Virus record (IMG/VR): IMGVR_UViG_2740892280_000002
Coordinates: 1 to 64,000 of that record
Reading direction: 5' to 3' (one strand)
DNA length: 64,000 bases
Origin: a virus
Taxonomy: Duplodnaviria > Caudoviricetes
Position numbers and translations under genes: made by a program. Positions 1 to 9,187 of this stretch are shown here, piece after piece (the first letter of the stretch is position 1; each line of letters opens with the position of its first letter). The notes below the pieces were generated by a model that worked only from the letters and a program-made list of their open reading frames with translations, was not told where the DNA came from and made no database searches.

Positions 1-1557
1 TTGAGCAGGATCTTGCTACGCGGAAAGAAGTTCTACTATCAGAGAGCGGTCCCTAAAGACCTTCAGGAAATGGTCGGGAAGCGAAAATGGGGGATCTCGC
101 TCAATACGGACTCCCGTCGAGCCGCCGAGATCGCCGCTAAAAAATGGGAGCTCCATTTCGATCAGGAGATCACCCGGCTCCGGAATATCGATACGGATAA
201 TCTCTCGGGCGCGGAAGCTAGTCTGCGCGCCCTCGGCGTGACCTTGCCGCCCGAGCCGATCTATACCGAAGAGGGTAACAAGAAAGCGATTACCGCCGTC
301 CGGCAACTCCTCCAAGATATCGAGGACGACTTCGAGCATACGCGCGAGGAGGACCGTATGGACTTCCTCAAGATCGCGGAGCGCGGCCTCGCGGAGATCT
401 TTAGCGAAAAGCGCGACCGGCGACGCAAGGCGCGAGAGCTTTACGACAAGACACTAACCCCGCTCGCCGAGAATGAGATCGATAGCCGTCGCGAGCAGGC
501 TAGGAAGGCCATAGGCAGCGTTGAAGCGGTTGCGCCGACCGATACCCCGGAAATAACGAAAGAGCGTCGAGAGGCCCTTAAAACTGATCTTGTCGATACC
601 TGGGTCGCCAATCGAAAGCCGACTAGTCAAACAGAGGGTGATACCCGTAACGCGGTAAAGGAGCTTTTGGAGGCGTCCGGTTGCGACGACCTTATCGAGG
701 TCGAAAAGGAGGACGTCGTCGCCTGGGTCAAGAACCTCCGGAAGTTTCCTCGCGCTAGGAGGCAGTTGGAGCGAGATCTCTCGTTTAAGCAGGTCCTCGA
801 CCTATACGAGGGCAAGACCTACGCGACGCTTTCTTCGAAGTCGATCCAGAAGCGGTTTAACCTTGTTCAGGCTGTCTTTTCCGACGCGGTAAATTCGGGT
901 CAGATCGAGCGAAGCCCGTTTGATGGGGTCAAAACCCCGAGCGTCGAAACAACGGTTATCCGGAAGCCGTTCTCTATTCCGATGGTCAAAAAGATCTTCT
1001 TGACCGAGCCAATGGCGACCGGCCCTCTCGACGGGTTCTACTGGACCCACGCCCTCGGCTTGAGTAGCGGGATGCGCCTCGGCGAGATCTGTCTTTGCAA
1101 GCCTAGCGACTTGGTCTCGCACGATGGCATTTGGTTTTTCGATATGACCGATTTTAAGCTCAAGACGCAATCTTCGCGGCGTCGCGTTCCAATCCATAAG
1201 GACCTTGTCGCTGCCGGCTTTACCGATTGGGCAAAGAAGCAACCGGCAACGGGCATTATGGGTTTCGGGAAAGACTCGAAGGGAAGCGCCTCCGGCCTTG
1301 CCTCCAAGGTCATAAATAGGTGGTTTGGATCCAAGGTCGGGATTACCGGCGAGGAGTATGTCTTTCACTCCTATCGCCACCTCTTCAAGGACCTTTGCCG
1401 CGAGTATGGCGTTCAGAAGGATGTGCACGACCGCTTGACCGGACACGCCGGGGATAACGTCGGCTCCGGCTACGGCGATTTCCCGATCAAGGTCCTATCG
1501 GACGCGATCAATCAAGTTTCCCTTCCTGTCGAAATTCGGAAATGGAAAAAAACATAA
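1..1557 (+). CDS. int: Tyrosine recombinase/integrase with DUF6538-like N-terminus
   Basis: Catalytic set GMRLGE (R), FHSYRH (HxxR), TGH (H), GYG (Y); N-terminal FYYQRAVPKDL. TTG start at base 1, so the true start could lie upstream. Confidence 0.92.
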   Translation: MSRILLRGKKFYYQRAVPKDLQEMVGKRKWGISLNTDSRRAAEIAAKKWELHFDQEITRLRNIDTDNLSGAEASLRALGVTLPPEPIYTEEGNKKAITAVRQLLQDIEDDFEHTREEDRMDFLKIAERGLAEIFSEKRDRRRKARELYDKTLTPLAENEIDSRREQARKAIGSVEAVAPTDTPEITKERREALKTDLVDTWVANRKPTSQTEGDTRNAVKELLEASGCDDLIEVEKEDVVAWVKNLRKFPRARRQLERDLSFKQVLDLYEGKTYATLSSKSIQKRFNLVQAVFSDAVNSGQIERSPFDGVKTPSVETTVIRKPFSIPMVKKIFLTEPMATGPLDGFYWTHALGLSSGMRLGEICLCKPSDLVSHDGIWFFDMTDFKLKTQSSRRRVPIHKDLVAAGFTDWAKKQPATGIMGFGKDSKGSASGLASKVINRWFGSKVGITGEEYVFHSYRHLFKDLCREYGVQKDVHDRLTGHAGDNVGSGYGDFPIKVLSDAINQVSLPVEIRKWKKT

Positions 1558-1563
1558 TTTAAA

Positions 1564-1603
1564 GTGCATTTTCAGTGTACATATTTCTGATTTTGGCTAC
1601 TCT
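1564..1603 (+). promoter_or_regulatory. Sigma70-like phage promoter (TGTACA-N16-TACTCT) overlapped by an inverted operator motif
   Basis: GTGCATTTTCAG-TGTACA at 1576; the spacer and -10 contain the reverse complement of GTAGCCAAAATCAGAAA. Confidence 0.6.
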
Positions 1604-1629
1604 CCAATAAAGACGAATTGGAGAGAGCC

Positions 1630-2448
1630 ATGATCGATTTTGCAGACCTTGACCAAGAGCCGGTAATCGGAAAAGCGGAAGCGCCGCAGAAAACCTTCCC
1701 CTGCACAGTTTGCAACGGGACAGGCAAATATCGCGGCGTCCGCGTCTACCAGGACAAGAGCCACTGCTTTGCCTGCAAGGGCGAAGGATGCTTCAAGACC
1801 GACCCTCGCAAGCTTGCCGCACGCCGGGCGAAGGCGAAGCTAAACAAGGCCGCGAAACTCGCGAAGGCAATCGACCAATTCGACAAGGCTAACCCAGGCA
1901 TTCACGAGTTTCTCAAAGACGCGAGCCGGTGGTCGGAATTCGCCTCCTCAATTCTTGGCAACCTTGAAGGTAAGGGCGGCCTCTCCGAAAGGCAGCTCGA
2001 TGCCGCCAAGTCAATGAAGGCCAAGTCCGAAGCACGCGAGAAAGAACGCGCCGAAGCTCGGGCAAAAGAGTCCGTCTCCGTCGACCTTTCGCCGATTAAA
2101 GCCCTCTTTGAGACCGCGAAAGAAAGCGGCAAGGCTCGCCCGGTTTTCCGCGCCGAGGGTTTGGCCCTCTCGCTCGCTCCCGAGAGCGGGCGCAACGCTG
2201 GCGCCATCTACGTCAAAAAGGACGGAGAGTATGCCGGGAAGCTTGTCGGCGATAAGTTCCTCCCGGCCTTCGGTGCCGAGAAAGGGATCGGCGAGGCTCT
2301 TCTCGAAATTGCCAAGAACCCGAAAGAGTCCGCGATCCGTTACGGTCGCCTAACAGGCGCCTGCTCTTGCTGCGGCCGTGAGTTGACCAACAAGGCAAGT
2401 ATTGAGCTCGGGATCGGCCCGATTTGCGCGGAGGCTTGGGGCTTCTAA
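1630..2448 (+). CDS. DUF6011-domain protein with N-terminal CxxCxGxG zinc fingers
   Basis: C-terminal CSCCGRELT...SIELGIGPICA; N-terminal CTVCNGTG and CFACKGEG; RBS GGAGAG before ATG 1630. Confidence 0.7.
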   Translation: MIDFADLDQEPVIGKAEAPQKTFPCTVCNGTGKYRGVRVYQDKSHCFACKGEGCFKTDPRKLAARRAKAKLNKAAKLAKAIDQFDKANPGIHEFLKDASRWSEFASSILGNLEGKGGLSERQLDAAKSMKAKSEAREKERAEARAKESVSVDLSPIKALFETAKESGKARPVFRAEGLALSLAPESGRNAGAIYVKKDGEYAGKLVGDKFLPAFGAEKGIGEALLEIAKNPKESAIRYGRLTGACSCCGRELTNKASIELGIGPICAEAWGF

Positions 2449-2480
2449 AAAAAGAGGCGGGTCTAGCCCGCCTTTTCTCT
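2447..2480. terminator. Bidirectional intrinsic terminator
   Basis: A-run, AGGCGGG/CCCGCCT hairpin, T-run, between convergent genes. Confidence 0.8.
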
Positions 2481-3517
2481 TACGCTAGAGCGCTGATCGT
2501 CCGAGGGTAGACCTCGAAGGCTCGCTCGAAAATCGAGTTTGCGAGCGCCCGAACCTCAAGCTGAGCATCGGACGGTGTCCGATCCCTAAAGAACCGACAG
2601 TAAGCGTCAAGCGTCCCGGTCCAATACCACGACGTCATAGTCGCATTCGGAAGAACGAAGCGAGCCTGCTCGGCGCAAACATCTGCCTCAATAAGCCCGT
2701 TGTAGAGCCGCTCGCAGGACTGGAGGTGTGCCTCGACAAGATTGTCTAGCGGCTTACCTCCGAACGCGGCTTCAACGCTCTCAAGCGAAGAGCCCTGCTT
2801 GACGTTCTCGGCCTTCTTTCGCCAGTAATCCGGACGGAAAAACTCCGGGCTCTCGGTAACGTACCGGCGAGAGATCTCGTTTTCGACAAACCCGTATTTA
2901 TGCTTGAACGCCTGACGCGCAATCGGGAACGGCGCGTGGCAACGGAAGGTCAAGCGTAGGAGGCGAGCGACTTCGCTCTCGGCTAGCCCGAGCTCGGTAA
3001 TCGTTTCATAGATTACCCCCTCCGGGACTGTTGAGAGCGCGGTATAGTCGACGATGTTCGCGTCATAGGTCTCGGGGATCTTGAGCTCGAAGACGCGGTA
3101 AATCGTCGGGAAGGTTTCCCGGATCTTGCTCGCGATAAGCGACCAATGCTCGACCGGCAATAGGTCGGCGTTTTCGATCCAGGCGAAGACTGAGCCGGAT
3201 TCGATGATCGTCGTCTCATATCCGCTCTTGGAGATGATCGCAGTCTCGAAGCCCGGCTTTCGATTGATCAGCCAATTGATCAAGTCGATGTTTTTGACCG
3301 ACCGCGCAAAGATCAAATTCGTATGGGCGAACGGGGTCCAGTGACGGTTACGGGCGAGGAAGCGGATAAGCTTTTCGTCCCGCGTCAAAAGGAGACCGCC
3401 GTCATCCCATTCGCTTTCCTTGGCGAACGATACGCGCGCGGCATTGACGACGGTTAGATCGCTCTGCGCCTCGGTTATCAACTCCCCCCGGATAACCGGG
3501 GAGAGCTTCGTGTTCAT
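2480..3517 (-). CDS. thyX: FAD-dependent thymidylate synthase with ~118-aa insertion
   Basis: DLTVVNAARVSF, HWTPFAH, KHKYGFVENEISRRY, EQARFVLP, WYWTGTL motifs. Confidence 0.9.
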   Translation of the reverse strand: MNTKLSPVIRGELITEAQSDLTVVNAARVSFAKESEWDDGGLLLTRDEKLIRFLARNRHWTPFAHTNLIFARSVKNIDLINWLINRKPGFETAIISKSGYETTIIESGSVFAWIENADLLPVEHWSLIASKIRETFPTIYRVFELKIPETYDANIVDYTALSTVPEGVIYETITELGLAESEVARLLRLTFRCHAPFPIARQAFKHKYGFVENEISRRYVTESPEFFRPDYWRKKAENVKQGSSLESVEAAFGGKPLDNLVEAHLQSCERLYNGLIEADVCAEQARFVLPNATMTSWYWTGTLDAYCRFFRDRTPSDAQLEVRALANSIFERAFEVYPRTISALA

Positions 3518-3537
3518 ACCTTGATTTCTCAAATTGG

Positions 3538-6153
3538 CTACGCTCCTTTCATACCTTTGGTCAAGACGGCTTCGAGTTGGTCATAGCCGCCGACGAACTC
3601 CTCGCCGTATTTTTCGTTTACCCAGACGACAACGGGGACGGTCTTGTGGTCCGGGTAGAAGTTGCGAACGATCCTCAAACGAGATTGGTCGCATTCGATG
3701 TATTGGAACCGCTCGCCGAGCTCGAAGAGCAGGTCCTTGGCCTTTTCACACCAAGGGCAATCAGCTCGCCCGTAGATCCGGAAACCTTCGCAGAAGGTAA
3801 AGTCGAAGCCTACCGAGCCGCTCTCGCGTTCGCCGGTAATCTGCTCCTCTTCGTCGAAGTCGACCGGGCAACCACCGGACCCACAATCGACATGCTCGAA
3901 GCCGATATCCTCCTGCGCGGAAATTTCGATATTGGCTACAAGCTGGTCATAGGTCTCCCGCGAGATCGGCTCCTCCGGCTGATACTCGTAAGCCGTTGTA
4001 TCGACCTGCGGCATCACGGAGCAGCACCGGACTGAGAATTGACCATCGATCAGCGTCTTGACGAAGTCGGCGAAACCAACTTCCTGCGGGTCATACTTGA
4101 GCGTGTATGAGACCTGGTTACCCGTCTCCCGGAGCGGAGTAACGCCGTCAAGATCAACGCCGGTGATCCAGTATTTTTCGATCAGGCGGAGGTACTCGTA
4201 CTGCTCCTCCGGCGTTGCCTCGGCAGCGGTTACGATCCAATCTCCGCCGTCGAGATCGCAGATCGTCGGGCGGGTCGGGAAACCGACAATAGTCGTGCCG
4301 GAGTAGCTCTTGAGCTCCCGAACCGGGTAGCCGCGCGAACGATATTCCTCGACAAGAGGATCATCGAAGCGGAACTGAACCCAGCGGAGGAATTCCCGCA
4401 TTGCCGGCAGGTGAGCACCTTCCGTCAACCCGAAGAGCTTCGAGGTCGTCCCGGCGGGCTTGAAGGTCGTATCCGTATGAGGGACCTCGACGCCAAGGAT
4501 ACGCGAGAAGATCTCAGCCTCTTCCTGAACCGCCCGCTTGAACCGGGAGAGCATCAACCAGAACGCTCTCGACGCCTTTTCGTCGACAAGCTCTTTCCAG
4601 CCGAAGCCGAACCGAGAATAGGCGTATTCATGGAGCCCGGTAATACCGACACCGATCCGGTTCGTCCGCCTGATTTCGCGCCCATAGAGAGCGTCCATCA
4701 GGTTGGTACGGATCAACGCCCGGACCGCCGTCCGGAAGGCGTCCTCGGCGTCGCTATCGTCCCGAGCGTGGAACGGGACGACGTCGGCGATCACGCAATA
4801 ACCGCCGAGGAGCAGGAGAGTGATCTCGCCGCACGGGTTGGTGATCATCGTATATTTGAGGAGCGTTACCTCGACCGCGAGATCGCGAAGTAGGGCGCGG
4901 GTCTCTTCGTCCGGCTTGAACTTCTCGGACTCCGCGTAAAAGCCATCGACGTAATCCTCGATACCGTCCCGGTTCTCGGTCAAGCGGTCCTGATTGATGA
5001 TCCCAGGCTCGCCGGTCCCGTCAAAGTAAGAGGCGCGGGCGAGGGCGATCAGAACGCGGAAAGCATGCTTGTCGAAGTGATCGACCTTCCCGGCAATCGT
5101 CAGTGCCGTAAGCGTATCGTCGACAGCCTCTTCGTCTTCGAGGATATCCCAGACGTCCGGGATCAGGGAGACGACCTTCGAGACGCGCTCGCGGAACTCT
5201 TCGTCAATCGTTACCGAGTTGTTGGAGGAGAAGAGGAAGCCGCCACGCTTGAGCTCGATAAAGCCGAAGATCGTCGCGTCTTTCCAGAACTTCGTCGCCA
5301 TGCGCGCGGCGCGGCGAGCTCCGCCAACAAGGACGCACTCGGCGAGGTAGTGATCGGCGAACATAGCCGCGCGCCAAGCTTCCATGCCGCTACCGTTAAG
5401 GCGGGCGATATTGCGGATCGCCTGCATAAGCGGACCTGGGCCGGACGCCGGACGTCCCTGCATCCCCATGATCGGCGCACCGCGCTCGCGGACCTTGGAG
5501 AAGTCAAGGAGCACGACTTCATTCATCCGGCCTTCGTAGGTCATCCGCTCGATGACTTCGATTGCCTTCGCCCAGCCTTCGCGGGAGTCCGGAACCTCGA
5601 AGACGGTAACCTCGCGGCCTTCGTAGAGGTGCTCGGCGTCCCGGCGCGTCATATAGCCGGAGATCTCGCCGCTCGCGACGTCCTTGTGACCCCAATCGAT
5701 AACGCACTCGATTGTTGGCGCAAGGGTCCAATCAACAGCCATCAAGGCGTCGTCGTAAGCGCGACCGACCCCGGAGCCGTTCAAGAGGAGGTAGAAGAGG
5801 AGGAACGAAAGAGCGGCGGTCGAGCAGTTCGTAAAGACCTCGATATTCCGATCCGGCTGGGTTTCGTCCCCGTGCTGAAGATGCCGGCCAGACATCAAGA
5901 GCGAAGCCTGCGCGAGGTGATGGCGCATACGAGCATATTCGAGGTTGAGCGTCTGCGGCTCGGAACCGTTGCGAGGGTCGAGGAGGGCGTTTCCGAGAGC
6001 TACGCGCTTCGCTACTTCCGGCCAAGTCTCGCGGCGACCGTCAATAACGCGATTGACCGTCCGGTCCGCGACAGCCTGCCCCATGCCGGGGAAGTAGCTT
6101 CGCTCGACCAGCTCGAAGCCGCCGTAGGTTTCATCGGGGTTCCAATGTTTCAT
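3538..6153 (-). CDS. nrdJ: Class II (B12-dependent) ribonucleotide reductase fused to C-terminal glutaredoxin
   Basis: TNC, TNPCGEI, RRIGVGITG-like, KPAGTTS, CGSGGCP motifs; then CPWC, TVP and GGYD glutaredoxin motifs; no NrdB gene in the window. Confidence 0.88.
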   Translation of the reverse strand: MKHWNPDETYGGFELVERSYFPGMGQAVADRTVNRVIDGRRETWPEVAKRVALGNALLDPRNGSEPQTLNLEYARMRHHLAQASLLMSGRHLQHGDETQPDRNIEVFTNCSTAALSFLLFYLLLNGSGVGRAYDDALMAVDWTLAPTIECVIDWGHKDVASGEISGYMTRRDAEHLYEGREVTVFEVPDSREGWAKAIEVIERMTYEGRMNEVVLLDFSKVRERGAPIMGMQGRPASGPGPLMQAIRNIARLNGSGMEAWRAAMFADHYLAECVLVGGARRAARMATKFWKDATIFGFIELKRGGFLFSSNNSVTIDEEFRERVSKVVSLIPDVWDILEDEEAVDDTLTALTIAGKVDHFDKHAFRVLIALARASYFDGTGEPGIINQDRLTENRDGIEDYVDGFYAESEKFKPDEETRALLRDLAVEVTLLKYTMITNPCGEITLLLLGGYCVIADVVPFHARDDSDAEDAFRTAVRALIRTNLMDALYGREIRRTNRIGVGITGLHEYAYSRFGFGWKELVDEKASRAFWLMLSRFKRAVQEEAEIFSRILGVEVPHTDTTFKPAGTTSKLFGLTEGAHLPAMREFLRWVQFRFDDPLVEEYRSRGYPVRELKSYSGTTIVGFPTRPTICDLDGGDWIVTAAEATPEEQYEYLRLIEKYWITGVDLDGVTPLRETGNQVSYTLKYDPQEVGFADFVKTLIDGQFSVRCCSVMPQVDTTAYEYQPEEPISRETYDQLVANIEISAQEDIGFEHVDCGSGGCPVDFDEEEQITGERESGSVGFDFTFCEGFRIYGRADCPWCEKAKDLLFELGERFQYIECDQSRLRIVRNFYPDHKTVPVVVWVNEKYGEEFVGGYDQLEAVLTKGMKGA

Positions 6154-6174
6154 ATATTTTCCTTTTGGCTACAG

Positions 6175-6615
6175 TTAGGACATACCGGAAGAGCCGAAGC
6201 CGGTTTCGCCTCGGGCGCTTTCGGAAAGAGTTTCGACGGTCACGAACTCCGCCTGCTCGAATTTCGCAAGGACCGCCTGGGCGACGCGATCACCAGGCTC
6301 GATCCGGAGATCCTTCGAGCCTTCGTTTTTGAGCATCACGCGGATCTCTCCACGGAAACCGGAGTCAATTGTTCCGGGAGAGTGGATCAAGAAAACGTGG
6401 TGCTTGAAGGCGAGGCCGGAGCGACCACGGATCTGAAGCTCGTATCCTTCCGGGATCTCAAACGCGACGCCGACCGGGACGGTAACGATACCTCCCGAAC
6501 GAATACGGAGACTCGCAGTCGAGCGAAGATCGAAGCCCGCGTCGCCCTCCTTTGCGTATTCAAGTCGCGGCCAGTCAGGGGAGTACCCGTCGAGGTATTT
6601 GATCGGTAGTTTCAC
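6175..6615 (-). CDS. dut: Trimeric dUTPase
   Basis: AGFDL, GRSGLA, GTIDSGFRGE, GDRVAQ, RGETGFGSSG motifs. Confidence 0.96.
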   Translation of the reverse strand: MKLPIKYLDGYSPDWPRLEYAKEGDAGFDLRSTASLRIRSGGIVTVPVGVAFEIPEGYELQIRGRSGLAFKHHVFLIHSPGTIDSGFRGEIRVMLKNEGSKDLRIEPGDRVAQAVLAKFEQAEFVTVETLSESARGETGFGSSGMS

Positions 6616-6725
6616 TCTTCTCTCCTTGTGCTTGAGACTAAAAAAGCCTCGGCGCTTGTAGCCAAGGCTTTCATTTTTGTCTACGGATACTCGAAAAAAA
6701 ATGCGGGCCTAAACCCGCACTCTTT

Positions 6726-7529
6726 TTATACCGAAGTTGAACCGACGATTAAGTCTAGCTTTTCGATCTCGTTTCCGGAAAATTTCTCTGCGCTTCCGTC
6801 CGATACGGTCGCGAGTGTGTAACCGTTAGCATCCGCCTCGGTAAGGCGACGGATCAGGATGTTCTTGTTTGCGAAGGTCGCGACGACGTAATCGCCGATA
6901 CGCGGCTGGCGCTCGGTAACAACGTAGAGCGTATCGCCCTGCTCAAACTTCGGAGCCATATCAAAGCCGACCTGGGTAACGGCATAAGCGCCCTTGTCGT
7001 CAGCCTGAGCCGGAAGCGCGGGGATAGTCCCCGAGGCTTTCCCGGCGAACCTATACGCGCCGTCTTCTTTGCGAAGGCTCTTTAGGGGAACATTAGCCGA
7101 GCGTGCGGCAATCGAGGCGCTCCCACGGTCGGCGGAGGAGCGGAGCCAGTTATTGATCTTCTCGGCCTCCTCGCCCGAAATCCGGCGCTTTCCTTGAAGA
7201 ATATTCGTAACGGCTGAAGGGGCGATCCCGAGGAGCTCGGCAAGCTCCTTGCGGAGGAGACCTTTGCGGCTCATTTCGGTCTCAAGCCAATCCGCCGAGA
7301 TCGGCGCGAAACTTCCGCTATCTCCGAAGATCTTCCCGACCGGGACGTTAAGAGCCTGTGCGAAGGCTTCCGCCCATTCCATCGTAAGCTTGCGCTCGCC
7401 GCGCTCGATACGGTTGATCGCCATCCGGCTCCGGTCGATCAGTTTCGCAAGCTCGGAAAGAGACATGTTCCGCTCGTCACGGAGTGCTTTGATATTCGGG
7501 ATTGGAAACTTGCTTTCTTCGTTAGACAT
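6726..7529 (-). CDS. CI-like repressor: two tandem XRE HTH domains plus degenerate S24 peptidase domain
   Basis: HTH1 LSELAKLIDRSRMAINRIERG; HTH2 RKELAELLGIAPSAVTNILQG; S24-like GFDMAP and ILIRRL; divergent from the replication operon. Confidence 0.82.
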   Translation of the reverse strand: MSNEESKFPIPNIKALRDERNMSLSELAKLIDRSRMAINRIERGERKLTMEWAEAFAQALNVPVGKIFGDSGSFAPISADWLETEMSRKGLLRKELAELLGIAPSAVTNILQGKRRISGEEAEKINNWLRSSADRGSASIAARSANVPLKSLRKEDGAYRFAGKASGTIPALPAQADDKGAYAVTQVGFDMAPKFEQGDTLYVVTERQPRIGDYVVATFANKNILIRRLTEADANGYTLATVSDGSAEKFSGNEIEKLDLIVGSTSV

Positions 7530-7586
7530 AGGCCCCTCCAAAAAATGTTTGACGCATTACTGTTGTGCCATGTTGGCAGTGTTCTG

Positions 7587-7624
7587 TTGACAAAAACGGA
7601 AGTCCTGTTACAACCGTAGCCAAC
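7587..7624 (+). promoter_or_regulatory. Putative rightward early promoter with downstream operator copy
   Basis: TTGACA-N16-TACAAC followed by GTAGCCAAC. Confidence 0.55.
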
Positions 7625-7660
7625 TTGATTATGGCCCAAGGTTACGGAGGGTTTATTTAA

Positions 7661-8167
7661 ATGTCAACAAATACAGGTTGCGAATCGCAGCCAGTCCCAG
7701 AGTTAGAGTTAATGCTCCCAGGTCTCGGTGAAGAGATCAGGAAGCTCGACGCCAAGATCTCGACCGAGAAATTCGAGAAAGAGGTAGGTGATCGCGTCAA
7801 GCAAATCCGAGAAGAATTCGGAGGACCGGAAAATATTTCGGTCGAGGACGCTGTTACCTTGTTCCAGGCGGTCCTTACCCGCGCTTACAAGGATGCGATC
7901 TGCCTCGATATGCTGATCTGCAACGACGAAGACGGCGAGGACGAAGCAAAGACCCAGGAACGGGCGCTTAGTTGGTTCCTTAAACGGTCGGTCGACTTCG
8001 AAAACGTTTGTCGTCTTGCTGGCTTCGATCCGGACAAAGTCTTTGCCTTGTCTGTAGCCGAATTCGTAAATCGAGGTACGGTATACCTTACAAACAAAGG
8101 AAACTACCGCATCGACTTTGATGAACTTGGAAAACCGCATAGGCGGGAAGGGGAGATCCTCCATTGA
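7661..8167 (+). CDS. Hypothetical phage protein
   Basis: RBS GGAGGG; pattern LFQAVL..A..DA...WF...DF..VC.LAG.DP resembles proteins I recall from other phages. Confidence 0.6.
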   Translation: MSTNTGCESQPVPELELMLPGLGEEIRKLDAKISTEKFEKEVGDRVKQIREEFGGPENISVEDAVTLFQAVLTRAYKDAICLDMLICNDEDGEDEAKTQERALSWFLKRSVDFENVCRLAGFDPDKVFALSVAEFVNRGTVYLTNKGNYRIDFDELGKPHRREGEILH

Positions 8168-8685
8168 TTATTGCAGCAGTTGATCCGGGCCAGCGCGGCG
8201 GGATTGCTTTTCTTGATACCGCGACCGGCAAGCTCCTGACCTACTCGACGCCCGGTTTCGACGTCAAAGACGCCAAGGGCAAGAAGACCGGGCGAAAGAT
8301 CTTCGACCCGTTCTCGGCAAGTGCGCTTCTCGTTTCTCACAAGCCTGACGTCTTTATTATCGAGCGTGTTCATGCCCGGACCGGCCAGGGTGTCACGTCG
8401 ATGTTCAATTTCGGTATGGACTTCGGGACGTGGATCGGCATCGCCGTCGCGAACAACCTAAAGCCGGTCTACTACTATCCGCAGACTTGGAAAGGCGCTC
8501 TCGGCCTCAACAAGAGCAAAGAGCTATCCCTAAAAGTCGCTCGGGAGAAGTTCCCGGAGAATGTCGCGGACTTCAAACGGAAGCTCGATGACGGTCGCGC
8601 GGAAGCTGCGCTGCTCGCCCACTATCACACCATTGTTTTGAATAGTGCGAGTAGCCAAAAACAGAAATTACTTGACGAAAAATGA
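8164..8685 (+). CDS. RuvC-like Holliday junction resolvase
   Basis: AAVDPG, IIERV, SMFNFG, DDGRAEAALLA acidic catalytic motifs. Confidence 0.85.
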   Translation: MIIAAVDPGQRGGIAFLDTATGKLLTYSTPGFDVKDAKGKKTGRKIFDPFSASALLVSHKPDVFIIERVHARTGQGVTSMFNFGMDFGTWIGIAVANNLKPVYYYPQTWKGALGLNKSKELSLKVAREKFPENVADFKRKLDDGRAEAALLAHYHTIVLNSASSQKQKLLDEK

Positions 8686-8729
8686 TCGACAAGTTAACTA
8701 AGTCACGCAACTAACGAAGAGGAGCGAAA

Positions 8730-9176
8730 ATGAACATCAACGAAATTGCTACGATGTCCCCAGAGGCTCTCTCCCAGATCCCGGCGCTTGAGCTCAAAAA
8801 GCTTTCGGCTTCGGTTTCCGCTCAGGAGAAGGGCCTCAAGGCGACAAAGAGCAAGCTCGGCGAAGCGCTTTCAATCCGCTACGGCGAAAAGGTTAAAACC
8901 CTCCGGGAACTTCAGGGACAGAAGACCGGGACCGTATCGGGCGTTTTCGACGAACTGCCGATAAAGGCGGAGATCGGAAAAAAGGTCTCTTGGGATAGCG
9001 AGAAGCTCGGCGGAATCCTTCCGCACTTCTCCCAAGAGGAGCGCGACGCCCTCGAAATCAAGGTCGAGATCAAGATCCCCGAGAAAGCCTACGAAGAGGC
9101 TCCCTCGCAGATCAAGACCGCGCTCGACGCGGCCCGGACAGTCACTTTCAGTGACGAAAAAATCAGCCTCAAGTAA
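8730..9176 (+). CDS. Conserved hypothetical protein of phage recombination module
   Basis: RBS GAGGAG; KKVSWDSEKL pattern; position upstream of the AAA ATPase. Confidence 0.65.
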   Translation: MNINEIATMSPEALSQIPALELKKLSASVSAQEKGLKATKSKLGEALSIRYGEKVKTLRELQGQKTGTVSGVFDELPIKAEIGKKVSWDSEKLGGILPHFSQEERDALEIKVEIKIPEKAYEEAPSQIKTALDAARTVTFSDEKISLK

Positions 9177-9187
9177 GGAGATCCCTT

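Noticed and set aside
1-1620. att site
   Set aside because: No flanking sequence or second copy is available in the window to define a core repeat.
2954-3307. ThyX insert as an intein
   Set aside because: No N-terminal Cys/Ser with a C-terminal His-Asn followed by Cys/Ser/Thr, and no LAGLIDADG motif.
5065-6609. 514-aa plus-strand ORF, and similar long opposite-strand ORFs (10337-11302, 14163-14762, 43701-44534, 49402-50313)
   Set aside because: Shadow frames antisense to well-supported genes in GC-rich DNA; no motifs or RBS.
6154-6720. Cobalamin riboswitch for nrdJ
   Set aside because: No B12-box seen; the space is occupied by dut and a short promoter region.
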